A DNA stretch of 64,000 nucleotides, from assembly GCA_938004065.1 (NCBI GenBank), contig CALKWM010000017.1:15342-79341 (forward strand), written 5' to 3'. The translations under genes were made by a program, and so were the position numbers. The notes beneath the pieces were generated by a model, which saw nothing but the letters and a program-made list of their open reading frames with translations, made no database searches and was not told the origin of the DNA. Numbering within the stretch: position 1 is the stretch's first letter; every line of letters begins with the position of its first letter. The stretch is from an uncultured bacterium. GTDB taxonomy: Bacteria; Patescibacteriota; JAHJAL01. Below, piece by piece: positions 20,747 to 34,635 of the stretch.

Positions 20747-22183
20747 TTATTTTTTCTCCATTTCCGATGTTATAACTTTTTTAATCTCATCCACATTCCC
20801 ACCTCCTTGTAAATTCTTCTTCACGTATCCGATAAAAAAATTTACCACAGCTGATCTTTTTTCACTATTCTTTTTATACAATTCAATCTGTTTTGGATTC
20901 TCAACTGCAAATTTTGCAAATATTTCACTATAAATATTATCCTCGATATTATTTAAAGAACACAAATATTTATCTAAATCAGCAATCTCTCCTGTTATAT
21001 TTTTTTTCCAAGCTTCTGTAAATTGTGCTTTACTTATTTTGCTTGCCAAATATGCTTTGATTAATTGAAGCAACACTTCCTGATCAATTTTCTCCCACCT
21101 AAGTTTATTTTCAACTATAAATGGCCTAACAATAAACAAAATCAATTTTGCCAAATCATTTTGAGAATTATTTGAAATTCTTTCGTTCATAACTGTAAAC
21201 AACAATCGGGCATTGCCATCTTTGGTCAACAAAATAGCCAGATTATTATCAATACTATACAAACTAGACAATTCACTTGTTACATCAGACAAAGATTTTG
21301 GCATTTCCACTTTTATTTTTTCTATCATTTCCTCATTTATCTCTATCGTCGGTAAATCCGGTTCCGGGAAATATCTATAGTCATGTGCATGTTCTTTTTT
21401 TCTTTGACTATACGTAACCAGTTTTACCGCATCAAAACCCCTGGTCTCTTTTATAATTTTTTCTTTATTATTATATGCCTCTTTTTGTCTCGCAAATTCA
21501 TGCGTCAACGCTTTTTCAACATTTTTAAATGAATTCATATTTTTTATTTCCACCACTTCACCCAATTGCACACCACCATCATCAACCAAGCTAATATTGG
21601 CATCACACCTTAATTCTCCCAACTGCATTCTTGCCTTAGATACTTTATTCCAAATCAATATCTCTCTCAATAACTTCAAATACTCACTCGCCATTCTGGG
21701 TGAATCAATATCTGGCTCACTTACAATCTCCATCAACGGTATCCCCGAACGGTTAAAATCTATCAATGTCTGATTAACCGCATGAGTCAATTTACCGGTA
21801 TCTTCTTCCAAATGTACTCGATTTATTCTAATAATCCTTTTCTTACCATCAATTTCTACCACCAATTTCCCATTTAAACCGATTGGATAAAAAAACTGTG
21901 AAATTTGATAACCTTTTGGTAAATCAGGATAAAAATAATTTTTACGATCAAATCTGGCTATTTTTTGTACCTGGCAATCCAAAGCCATAGAAGCCACAAT
22001 CCCCAACTCAACTGCCCGTTTGTTTAGTACCGGCAATGCTCCCGGTAAACCCAAACACGTAGGACACACCAAAACATTGGGATCCTTCAAATTATTGTCC
22101 GCCAAACATCGACAAAACATCTTAGATTTTGTTGCCAACTGCACATGCACTTCCAAACCAATTTTTGCTTTAAAATCTTTCAT
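20747..22183 (-). CDS. gatB: Asp/Glu-tRNA amidotransferase subunit B
   Basis: IGLEVH, FDRKNYFYPDLPKGYQISQ and YRYFPEPDL motifs. Confidence 0.96.
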   Translation of the reverse strand: MKDFKAKIGLEVHVQLATKSKMFCRCLADNNLKDPNVLVCPTCLGLPGALPVLNKRAVELGIVASMALDCQVQKIARFDRKNYFYPDLPKGYQISQFFYPIGLNGKLVVEIDGKKRIIRINRVHLEEDTGKLTHAVNQTLIDFNRSGIPLMEIVSEPDIDSPRMASEYLKLLREILIWNKVSKARMQLGELRCDANISLVDDGGVQLGEVVEIKNMNSFKNVEKALTHEFARQKEAYNNKEKIIKETRGFDAVKLVTYSQRKKEHAHDYRYFPEPDLPTIEINEEMIEKIKVEMPKSLSDVTSELSSLYSIDNNLAILLTKDGNARLLFTVMNERISNNSQNDLAKLILFIVRPFIVENKLRWEKIDQEVLLQLIKAYLASKISKAQFTEAWKKNITGEIADLDKYLCSLNNIEDNIYSEIFAKFAVENPKQIELYKKNSEKRSAVVNFFIGYVKKNLQGGGNVDEIKKVITSEMEKK

Positions 22184-22201
22184 TAAAAAATTTTCTATAA
22201 A

Positions 22202-22630
22202 TCAAATCACATATCCCAGATCACGAAAAACCTTTTTAAAATCTCCAACCGTTCTATAACACAAGTCACGCCCTGGATCAAAATCAACTTCATGCGCTAT
22301 TTTATTTCTCAACTTATGTGCCTCCCACGCCAAATTATAATTTTTTTTGTCTCGAAATATCGATCTGGCAACCTTCAATCTGGAACCCAGGTTTTCTCCG
22401 TTGACTCTTGATTTTAAAACCATATCCAACAGTTTATCTGCTTCCATTACTGCTTGTTTAGATTCGGCCAGATTATTGCTACCAATCAATTTATCAATCT
22501 TTTGCCAATATTTGGCAAAATCTTGTTGCTTCAAACCAATTTTTTTGGGTTTGAAATAGATCAAAACAAACACCGCGCCAATAGCCAACAAACCTGCAAC
22601 GCCAAAAATTATTAATAGCCAGTAATTCAT
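22202..22630 (-). CDS. Membrane-anchored protein with HEPN-like Rx4H motif
   Basis: N-terminal TM helix; helical domain with EADKLLD and RNKIAH. Confidence 0.7.
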   Translation of the reverse strand: MNYWLLIIFGVAGLLAIGAVFVLIYFKPKKIGLKQQDFAKYWQKIDKLIGSNNLAESKQAVMEADKLLDMVLKSRVNGENLGSRLKVARSIFRDKKNYNLAWEAHKLRNKIAHEVDFDPGRDLCYRTVGDFKKVFRDLGYVI

Positions 22631-22661
22631 TATTCTCTCTTATTAATTTAATACTTTAATA

Positions 22662-23567
22662 CTATGGCATCATTTCCACGTTAACATTATTTCCCGCCCC
22701 GGTATCCACCTGTAAATCCTCAATCTTAAACGGTACATTGTTTTCACCTTCCACCACAATCGACATATCTTGCTCACCAACTTTCGTCATATCTTCCTCC
22801 AAACTTTCCGTTGCTTCCGTTTCTAAAATATCTATTGAATTTATTATCACACTCTCGATCGGCCGGTCATTGTCGCCAGTCTCAGCATTCGCAATCAAAC
22901 TTACCACCTCCATTCCTCCAATCACCTCACCAAAAACAGTATGCCGACCATTCAAATGAACTTGATCCGACTCGGTAACGATAAAAAATTGACTGCCATT
23001 GGAATTGGGACCACTATTGGCCATTGCGATCACACCCTTTGTCACCGGTTTTGATTGTAAATCATAATTATAAACATATCCTTCCGACTCCAATGCGGAA
23101 ATTTCATCCTGACTTAAACCCAAACTGATAGGGTTAATCTCGTCATCGAATTTCCCACCCCAAAAACTCTCACCACCCATACCATCATTGGTTGGATCAT
23201 CATCTTTGCTGTTTGGGTCACCTCCCTGAATCATAAAATCCGCAATAACCCGATGAAATAACGTTCCATCATAATAACCTTTTTTTGCCAAACCAACAAA
23301 GTTTTCCACCGTTTTGGGAGCTGATTTTTTATCTAACCCCAACCTGATATCACCCATTGAAGTATGCATTACAGCTTCATATTGCTTATTATCATCCATT
23401 TTATCCATCCTTTTTTGATACCAATTATTTAACCAAAATCCACCTATCACAATTACCAACACCGAAATTATCGAAGTAAAAAAAAGCTTTTGATTCTCTT
23501 TATTCTTCTTTTCTTTTTCAATCTTTTCAATTTTTCTTAACTTCTTGAATTTTTGCGATCTTCCCAT
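22662..23567 (-). CDS. Cyclophilin-type peptidyl-prolyl isomerase, membrane anchored
   Basis: APKTVENF, FHRVIADFMIQGGD, AMANSG, NGSQFF and HTVFG motifs; N-terminal TM. Confidence 0.93.
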   Translation of the reverse strand: MGRSQKFKKLRKIEKIEKEKKNKENQKLFFTSIISVLVIVIGGFWLNNWYQKRMDKMDDNKQYEAVMHTSMGDIRLGLDKKSAPKTVENFVGLAKKGYYDGTLFHRVIADFMIQGGDPNSKDDDPTNDGMGGESFWGGKFDDEINPISLGLSQDEISALESEGYVYNYDLQSKPVTKGVIAMANSGPNSNGSQFFIVTESDQVHLNGRHTVFGEVIGGMEVVSLIANAETGDNDRPIESVIINSIDILETEATESLEEDMTKVGEQDMSIVVEGENNVPFKIEDLQVDTGAGNNVNVEMMP

Positions 23568-23624
23568 GATATAAAAAATTAAACATATATTATCTGCTTG
23601 ATTATTTGCTTTATTTAACCATCA

Positions 23625-25082
23625 CTAACTATATTTTTCCGGTTTATAACAAAAAATTCCTTCATTCTCCAGACTCTTGGCCATCAACAAAATATTTTCC
23701 TCGTCAAACCATTTTCCCACAATTTGTATTCCAACAGGTAAACCGTTAACCAAGCCAGCCGGCACATTTATTGCCGGCAAACCCACCAAACTCACACCCA
23801 CAGTCATAATATCCGAAAGATACATTTGCAATGGATCACTAACTTTCTCACCAATCTTGAAAGCTGTAAACGGTGAAGTTAACCCCAATAACAAATCATA
23901 TTGGTCAAACATTTTTTTTGCCTTTTTAATCAGAATCGTTCTCGCTTTAGCCGCCTTCTGGAAATAATCATCATAATACCCCGAGGAAAGAGAATACGTA
24001 CCAAGCATAATCCTTCTTTTGACTTCATCGCCAAAACCTTTTTCTCTATTTGAAGAAACCAAATCACTGTTAATTTGATCTTTTTCTACACCAAATCCAT
24101 AACGTATCCCATCATATCGGGCCAAATTGGCACTACACTCCGAAGGTTGAATAATATAATAAATCGGGATCGACATTTCTAACTCACTCCATGAAACTTC
24201 GTCAACTTGACTACCAATTTTTTTCAACTTTTCCACCACATCCTCAAGAACAGTCTTTAATTCTATATCAGCTTTTTCATACAGTTCTTTCACTAATGCT
24301 ATCTTTAAACCAACCACTCTGTCAGTCCTGGAAAAATCAATTTCCTCAACACTTATTTTTTCCGTCATTGAGTCCTTTACATCCCAACCAGCAATTACTT
24401 CGTATATTTTAGCCAGATCATCGACATTTCGTGCAAATGGACCAATCTGATCCAAACTGGAACCCAGCGCCATCGCACCATACCTGCTAACTCGTCCGTA
24501 AGTCGGTTTCAAACCATAAAGACCACACAAACTAGCCGGCTGTCTGATTGAACCTCCGGTATCAGTCCCTAGAGATGCTATACACATACCGCTTGCCACA
24601 CTTGCCGCCGAACCGCTACTGCTACCACCCGGCACTCGCTCCAAATCCCATGGATTTTTTGTAACACCAAAAGCTGAATTTTCACCTGATGAGCCCATCG
24701 CGAACTCATCCATATTGGCTTTTCCCAGAATTATCGCCCCCTCATCAATTAACCTCTGCACAGCTGTCGCCGTATATGGAGAACGATAATTGGCCAGCAT
24801 CTTTGAGCCGGACGTAGTAATCGTTCCTTGTAAATTCAAAATGTCTTTAATAACAACCGGTACTCCTTCCAATTTTCTTTCAATACTAGCATCATACCTT
24901 TCTTGAGACTCTTTGGCTTTTCTATCAATCTCATCTTTATCAAAACTCAAAATTGCATTCAAATCCGTATTTATTTTTTCCATCCGTTCTACATAAAAAC
25001 CAAGGATCTCCTCGACCCCAAAATCTTTTTTTTGAAATCCTCTTCTTAACTCTGAAATGTTTATATCTAAAAAATCTATCAT
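23625..25082 (-). CDS. gatA: Asp/Glu-tRNA amidotransferase subunit A
   Basis: Amidase signature PGGSSSGS, GTDTGGSIRQP, and NLARYDG. Confidence 0.96.
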   Translation of the reverse strand: MIDFLDINISELRRGFQKKDFGVEEILGFYVERMEKINTDLNAILSFDKDEIDRKAKESQERYDASIERKLEGVPVVIKDILNLQGTITTSGSKMLANYRSPYTATAVQRLIDEGAIILGKANMDEFAMGSSGENSAFGVTKNPWDLERVPGGSSSGSAASVASGMCIASLGTDTGGSIRQPASLCGLYGLKPTYGRVSRYGAMALGSSLDQIGPFARNVDDLAKIYEVIAGWDVKDSMTEKISVEEIDFSRTDRVVGLKIALVKELYEKADIELKTVLEDVVEKLKKIGSQVDEVSWSELEMSIPIYYIIQPSECSANLARYDGIRYGFGVEKDQINSDLVSSNREKGFGDEVKRRIMLGTYSLSSGYYDDYFQKAAKARTILIKKAKKMFDQYDLLLGLTSPFTAFKIGEKVSDPLQMYLSDIMTVGVSLVGLPAINVPAGLVNGLPVGIQIVGKWFDEENILLMAKSLENEGIFCYKPEKYS

Positions 25083-25603
25083 TTCTTTATTTTAATACCC
25101 TTCCTCATCAAATATTCTTCCGGATTATTATCCAAATCAATATATTCATCTACCACTTCCTTTAACTTTGCCGAAGTTGATTTGCCAAAAGACACCACCT
25201 CAACTCGTAAACCCAGAAACTGCAAATACTGTATCAATGGTATATAATCACCATCACCGCTAATCAAAACCATCGCATCCATTTTCACTGACATTTTTAT
25301 CATATCAATTGCAATTCCCACATCCCAGTCAGCTTTTTTCTGACCACCGGCAAAAATTTGTAAATCTTTTGATTTAATCTCATATCCGGCTTTCTTCAAT
25401 GCCTCAAAAAACCCTTTCTCCTCCTCAATTCCCGACTCCACTACATATGCCAACGCTCTGATTAAATTTCTCCCCCTGACTGCCGTTGAAAGAACTTGCT
25501 CAAAATTTACTCTCGATTTATATAAATGCTTGGCAGTATGGTAAACATTTTGCACATCGACAAAAACCGCCACTCTTTGATGAGGGTTAACAAAATCATT
25601 CAT
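25079..25603 (-). CDS. NYN/LabA (DUF88, PIN-like) domain protein
   Basis: FVDVQN, KADWDV...D and SGDGDY acidic motifs. Confidence 0.88.
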   Translation of the reverse strand: MNDFVNPHQRVAVFVDVQNVYHTAKHLYKSRVNFEQVLSTAVRGRNLIRALAYVVESGIEEEKGFFEALKKAGYEIKSKDLQIFAGGQKKADWDVGIAIDMIKMSVKMDAMVLISGDGDYIPLIQYLQFLGLRVEVVSFGKSTSAKLKEVVDEYIDLDNNPEEYLMRKGIKIKK

Positions 25604-25892
25604 TATCAAATACTCCTTTTGTTATAAAATTTGCTAAATCTTTATCTTTGGCCAAAACCAAAATATCTTCCCTTTTCAATCCCTTCTCGATTTCATCATC
25701 TTGCATCACATTACAGTTTCCACTTACCTGATATGTCGGTGAAATATCATTGGTATCTACTTGCTGTAAAACCTCCACATATTTCAAAATACTCTGCATA
25801 TCATGAGCATATTTTTCCAAATCCGCCTCATTGATTCCAATTCGCGCCAACAAAGCCACATGTTTTACTTCTTCTTTAGTGATTTTGGTCAT
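25596..25892 (-). CDS. gatC: Asp/Glu-tRNA amidotransferase subunit C
   Basis: EEVKHVALLARI, ILKYVEVLQQVDT; size and context fit. Confidence 0.92.
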   Translation of the reverse strand: MTKITKEEVKHVALLARIGINEADLEKYAHDMQSILKYVEVLQQVDTNDISPTYQVSGNCNVMQDDEIEKGLKREDILVLAKDKDLANFITKGVFDNE

Positions 25893-25920
25893 TGTTACAC
25901 ATAAATTATTTCTATACGTC

Positions 25921-29840
<3,920 letters not shown>

Positions 29841-30037
29841 TTCCTCCTCATAATATGATTATAAACAATCACCTGAAGTTATTCCAATCAAAAAAATATC
29901 TATAAATATTAATACTTTTTGGAGTCTGTTAAATATTGCATATTTTTCTTCACTTAAAAAATATGCATCCCACCATCCCTTCCATTTCAGATATAATTAA
30001 TATACAATATGAAAAATTTCAATAATAACAGCACAAC

Positions 30038-31369
30038 ATGTACATTCAATACAATTTCAAAAAAATCGTCATCGGTTACATCATTGGTATATTCATCTTT
30101 ATTCTCTCTGCTTTTTTAATAATTATGTATTCCCTTGGTTATCGTTTCAATTACCAAAATTATAACATCGAAAAAACCGGCATCGTCCGTTTGGACCCGA
30201 TTAACAAAAATTACCAAGTATCGATAGACGGCGAACCGGTAAATGATAAATATATCTCCAAAACGACTCAGATTGATAACCTACAACCCGATTATTATAC
30301 AATCGAAATTATTGCTGAAAATTTTCAAAAGTGGCAAAAAAATATCAAAATATTACCAAACCAAATCACCAATATTTATGACATTTTCCTCATGCCCGAA
30401 CATACCAAAACCTCCGAAATCAGTTACTTTGATCAATACACCACCAATGAAAAATACCAACTAGTTGCCTTTGCCACTACAGACAAACTACAAATTTTAA
30501 ACTTCATTTCCGAAAAAATTCAAACTCCCAACAACATCAAAATAAATGCTTCTTCAAAAATTGACTGGATCAATGAAGAACTTCTCGCCATCACCAATTC
30601 CAATCCCGAAGAAACATATATTCAAATTCTCAATCCCTTCAATAACAATATATCCAGTACGACTATCCCTTTCTCAATAAACGCCACCGACATTATCGGC
30701 ACCTTACCCTTGCAAGAATCAACCATTATCTTTTACTTTGATAACGATCTCTACACTACCAATTTAACCACCAACACTCCTCCACAAATTCTCGTTGAAA
30801 ATATCTACTCCCCCATCATTTTCAATGGTAACCTGTATTATTTACCTAATCCCGACAACTCATCGGAAATTATTATCCAAAATCTCACTCTCAAAAACAC
30901 TTCCAATTTCACCCTGCCGATTGTATCGTCATCTTTTCAAAATATTCCCAATTCTGATTTTATAGTTACCAAAAATTCCACTCAAAACTATATCATCAAC
31001 ATCTCCAACTCGACTTCATATCCACTTAGCAACGTCAACCAAACGATCTTGTCTCCCGATGGTAAAAATCTTGTTTCTATAAACAATCAGGAAATAATCG
31101 TTTCCGATATCGAGCGACAATTTTTTACTAATACTATTTTGAGATTATCAACCCATTTAAACAACATTATCCTCCTCGACTCAAGAAACATCATTTACTC
31201 CAGCACCAATCAAATATCTCGCATCGAAATCGACGGAGACAATCACAACATTATCGAAGAAAATGATAATGCAAACTATAACGTGATTTTTGCTAACAAA
31301 AACAAAATATTGGCTATCCAGTCAATAGAAAATCAATATTTACTTAAATACATCAACCTAACTATCTAA
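30038..31369 (+). CDS. PEGA-domain membrane-anchored protein with probable beta-propeller
   Basis: TM followed by YSLGYRF...KTGIV and a PEGA-like segment (IDG...LQPDYYTIEI...WQK); SPDG repeat-like C-terminus. Confidence 0.7.
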   Translation: MYIQYNFKKIVIGYIIGIFIFILSAFLIIMYSLGYRFNYQNYNIEKTGIVRLDPINKNYQVSIDGEPVNDKYISKTTQIDNLQPDYYTIEIIAENFQKWQKNIKILPNQITNIYDIFLMPEHTKTSEISYFDQYTTNEKYQLVAFATTDKLQILNFISEKIQTPNNIKINASSKIDWINEELLAITNSNPEETYIQILNPFNNNISSTTIPFSINATDIIGTLPLQESTIIFYFDNDLYTTNLTTNTPPQILVENIYSPIIFNGNLYYLPNPDNSSEIIIQNLTLKNTSNFTLPIVSSSFQNIPNSDFIVTKNSTQNYIINISNSTSYPLSNVNQTILSPDGKNLVSINNQEIIVSDIERQFFTNTILRLSTHLNNIILLDSRNIIYSSTNQISRIEIDGDNHNIIEENDNANYNVIFANKNKILAIQSIENQYLLKYINLTI

Positions 31370-31376
31370 TATCGTT

Positions 31377-32069
31377 TTAATTTATCTGCTTTGCTATTAC
31401 GATAAAACGCTGTAGATTGGTGCCAAGCGGAGTACAAGTCATCAAAGTTAACCGTCTATCATTTCCTTGTTCCAAAACACTCAGATCTGTTGGTTCTACC
31501 ACCTTGGTTTCTATCACCTGATAAATATATAAATCATCATCATGATAAGCCAATATTTTATCCTCAATTTTTATCTGCTCCAAATTGGCAAATATACTGG
31601 AATAATTTGACCAATCCCACCAATAATTCGAACTATGACCAAAAATAAAACTATTTCCGACTTCACCCGGTACCGCCGTAAATGGATAATGTCCCACCCC
31701 CTCTTTCAATTTTTGTTGTAAAACTGAATCATCCGTACTATCCAGATAAATTATCGGTGCTTCTATTCGTAAACTTGGAATTACCAACATCTCATCATTG
31801 TATTTGCCGAAATAATCTCGATACCACAATCTGGCTTCATCACTCAAAAATATTTGATCAAAGTTTTTTGCATCCCATACCAAGGCATTGTCCAAACTTA
31901 TCTTTGCTTTAGCTTCCACTTGATTTAGAACGCTGTCACTTCTGGAAACCAACAATCTTTTGGATACTGCGGGAAAATTCATTATTACATACACCAAAAA
32001 AACCACGGAAACAACCGAGACCGACCACCATATGATATTTTTCAGCATTTGAAGTATTTTATTATCCAT
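31377..32069 (-). CDS. Sortase
   Basis: N-terminal TM; GVGHY, catalytic His (FGHS), Cys (TLMTC) and Arg (QRFI). Confidence 0.9.
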   Translation of the reverse strand: MDNKILQMLKNIIWWSVSVVSVVFLVYVIMNFPAVSKRLLVSRSDSVLNQVEAKAKISLDNALVWDAKNFDQIFLSDEARLWYRDYFGKYNDEMLVIPSLRIEAPIIYLDSTDDSVLQQKLKEGVGHYPFTAVPGEVGNSFIFGHSSNYWWDWSNYSSIFANLEQIKIEDKILAYHDDDLYIYQVIETKVVEPTDLSVLEQGNDRRLTLMTCTPLGTNLQRFIVIAKQIN

Positions 32070-32181
32070 ATTCTATTATTTTTGTAACTACCTAACTATA
32101 TTATCATATTTTTCTATTATAGTCAAGTTTTTAATCCAACACCATAATAAATAACATCTCGTAATAAAGCAACCCACAATC

Positions 32182-32210
32182 TTGCAGGTTTTAGCAAAAA
32201 AAAGTATAGT
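32182..32210 (+). promoter_or_regulatory. Sigma70-type promoter for tRNA-Leu
   Basis: TTGCAG-17 bp-TATAGT, just upstream of the tRNA. Confidence 0.55.
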
Positions 32211-32228
32211 ATAAATACTTAACATTTT

Positions 32229-32312
32229 GCCGGAGTGGCGGAACTGGTAGACGCGCACGACTCAAAATCGTGTGGAGTCCCCTCCATGTGAGTTCGATTC
32301 TCACCTCCGGCA
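32229..32312 (+). tRNA. tRNA-Leu (anticodon CAA)
   Basis: GCCGGAG/CTCCGGC acceptor stem, CACGA-CT CAA AA-TCGTG anticodon arm, long variable arm, GTTCGA T-loop; no encoded CCA. Confidence 0.95.
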
Positions 32313-32411
32313 TTTTTTTTTATAACCATATCTATAATTTTGTTTAATTAACCAAACGTTTTTGCTAATATATAATCATATAATACAGCAATCATTTGAT
32401 TTATAGTCATC

Positions 32412-32780
32412 ATGAAAATCAATCGACACTTTGTAAAAAACATCGTTCTAACCATTAGTTGGGGTATCCTTACATTTATCACCGATTCACTAATAATCAA
32501 CTATTACTGTATCGATCCCGGCAACATCAAGAGTACAGAGCTGTCTGATTTTTACGAACTTGAGATGTGCGTTCAAAGCAAAGAGATTATCATTGATAGT
32601 ATCTATATCTTCGCCGGACTTTTGGCCATTATTGGACTTTACCAACTTATCAGCTCTATCCGCCAAAAAAAAGATCCCAATCAGATTGATGACGCCAAAA
32701 ACCTAAGCTCGGCAGCTAAAGCACTCATAGCAATTTCCGTTAGTTTATTTATTATCATAAAAACATCAATTACATTTTAG
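32412..32780 (+). CDS. Hypothetical membrane protein (about 3 TM)
   Basis: 122-aa ORF with hydrophobic segments, directly after tRNA-Leu and convergent with glyA. Confidence 0.6.
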   Translation: MKINRHFVKNIVLTISWGILTFITDSLIINYYCIDPGNIKSTELSDFYELEMCVQSKEIIIDSIYIFAGLLAIIGLYQLISSIRQKKDPNQIDDAKNLSSAAKALIAISVSLFIIIKTSITF

Positions 32781-34013
32781 AGAGGGGACCGGAAATCTTT
32801 TTGTCAACTCCCCAACTTCATTTTGATATTGAGATATTTGCTCATCATTTACTTTTCTTTCGATCACATCCGCTACAATAGTAGCGATTTTTTTTATTTC
32901 CTGTTCTTTCATACCCCGAGTAGTAACCGCTGGAGTACCAAGTCTGATTCCCGAAGGATTAAAAGGTTTATTTTTATCATTTGGTATAACATTTTTATTA
33001 ACTACAATTCCAATTTTTTCCAAACCCTTTTCTACACTTATAGAATCAATACCACTTTTTGATACATCTATCAAAACTATATGATTTTCAGTTCCGCCCA
33101 TAACTAAATTTATATTTCTACTCTTCAATTCCTCAGCTAAAACTTGAGCATTGGCCAAAACCTGCTTCTGATATTGTATAAACTCACTTCTTGATGCCTC
33201 GCTCAAAGCAACTCCGACTCCCAATATATTATTTAAATGTGGGCCCCCTTGCAAACCGGGAAATACCGATCGATCAATTTGTTCCATCAATTCTTTTTTT
33301 GCATATATTAACGCCGACCTCGGTCCACGTAATGTTTTGTGCGTAGTAGTCATCACCACATCAGCCACCCCAAAACAACTAGGATGAACTTTAGCCGCCA
33401 TCAATCCGGAAATATGGGAAATATCGGCCAACATTAACGTTTGATACTTTTTGACCAAACTACCGATTTTTTCAAAATCAATTATTCCCGGGTAACTGGA
33501 CGAGCCAACCACCACTAACTTGGGCTTTTCCTCAACTAGCTTTTTCTCCAATTCAATCAAGTCAATTTTTCCCTCTTCATCCAATCCGTAATGACAAAAA
33601 TCAAACAATCGGCCACTAGCACTTACTTTATGTCCATGAGTCAAATGACCTCCATGATCCAATTTCATCGACAATATTTTATCACCTATATTCAATAACC
33701 CCAGATAAATTGCCAAATTAGCCGGACTACCGGAATATGGTTGCACATTCACCATCCAAATATCACTATCCAAGTCAAATAAATTTATAGCTAATTTTCT
33801 AACCCAATTTTCCATTTCATCTACCACGATATTTCCGGCATAATATCGTTTCGCAGGATAACCCTCTGCATATTTGTTGGTAAAAACACTTCCAAGCGCC
33901 CGTAAAACATCACCACTTACATAATTTTCAGAAGCAATCAAACTAATAGTATGCGACTGTCTTTCAATTTCTTTATTCAAATAATAACTATAATTTTGCA
34001 CAATATTATTCAT
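32766..34013 (-). CDS. glyA: Serine hydroxymethyltransferase
   Basis: LIASEN, NKYAEGYP, GGHLTHG and TTTHKTLRGPR (PLP Lys) motifs. Confidence 0.97.
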   Translation of the reverse strand: MNNIVQNYSYYLNKEIERQSHTISLIASENYVSGDVLRALGSVFTNKYAEGYPAKRYYAGNIVVDEMENWVRKLAINLFDLDSDIWMVNVQPYSGSPANLAIYLGLLNIGDKILSMKLDHGGHLTHGHKVSASGRLFDFCHYGLDEEGKIDLIELEKKLVEEKPKLVVVGSSSYPGIIDFEKIGSLVKKYQTLMLADISHISGLMAAKVHPSCFGVADVVMTTTHKTLRGPRSALIYAKKELMEQIDRSVFPGLQGGPHLNNILGVGVALSEASRSEFIQYQKQVLANAQVLAEELKSRNINLVMGGTENHIVLIDVSKSGIDSISVEKGLEKIGIVVNKNVIPNDKNKPFNPSGIRLGTPAVTTRGMKEQEIKKIATIVADVIERKVNDEQISQYQNEVGELTKRFPVPSLKCN

Positions 34014-34635
34014 TAAAATTTCCTCTCCTTATAATTTGATAAGGTATTTTCGTTATATCCACCACCGCCGATGGTGAATTCTCACCCAAATCACCGGCAT
34101 CAATTAATACATCAATAGAATCTATTTCATCTTTAAAAAAACTCATTGCAAACTCGCTTGATGATCTTTCGATAGATACACCTGATTTATTGGCACTGGT
34201 AGATAAAATCGGAAAGTCACAATATTCACAAATTTGCTTTAAATAAACAAAATCTTTTACTATCCGAAAACCTACCCCACCGCAATCATTAACCACTTGT
34301 TTGGCAAAAACATCTCGATATTTATCTTTCAACCTCAATACAATAGTAACTGGTCCAGGTAAATTTTTACTGATAAATTCTCTCTCCAAACCACCAACCT
34401 TGACATATTTCTCTATAGTTTCAACACTATCAACCATTACTGACGATTTTTGAGAATCAGAACGATTTTTCAATTTATACACCAAATCCACTTTCTTCTG
34501 ATCAAAGGCATTACACCCTATGCCATATACTGTCTCGGTAGGATAAATCATTATCCCCCCTTTCTTCAATATTTCAGATATTTCCAAAATTTCAACTTCC
34601 GAAAGCATATTTTCTACCGGTTTAAAAATTTTCAT
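34006..34635 (-). CDS. tsaC: Threonylcarbamoyl-AMP synthase (TsaC/Sua5/YrdC)
   Basis: YPTETVYG, LKNR, PGPVT and STSAN motifs. Start moved to the ATG at 34635. Confidence 0.9.
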   Translation of the reverse strand: MKIFKPVENMLSEVEILEISEILKKGGIMIYPTETVYGIGCNAFDQKKVDLVYKLKNRSDSQKSSVMVDSVETIEKYVKVGGLEREFISKNLPGPVTIVLRLKDKYRDVFAKQVVNDCGGVGFRIVKDFVYLKQICEYCDFPILSTSANKSGVSIERSSSEFAMSFFKDEIDSIDVLIDAGDLGENSPSAVVDITKIPYQIIRRGNFNE

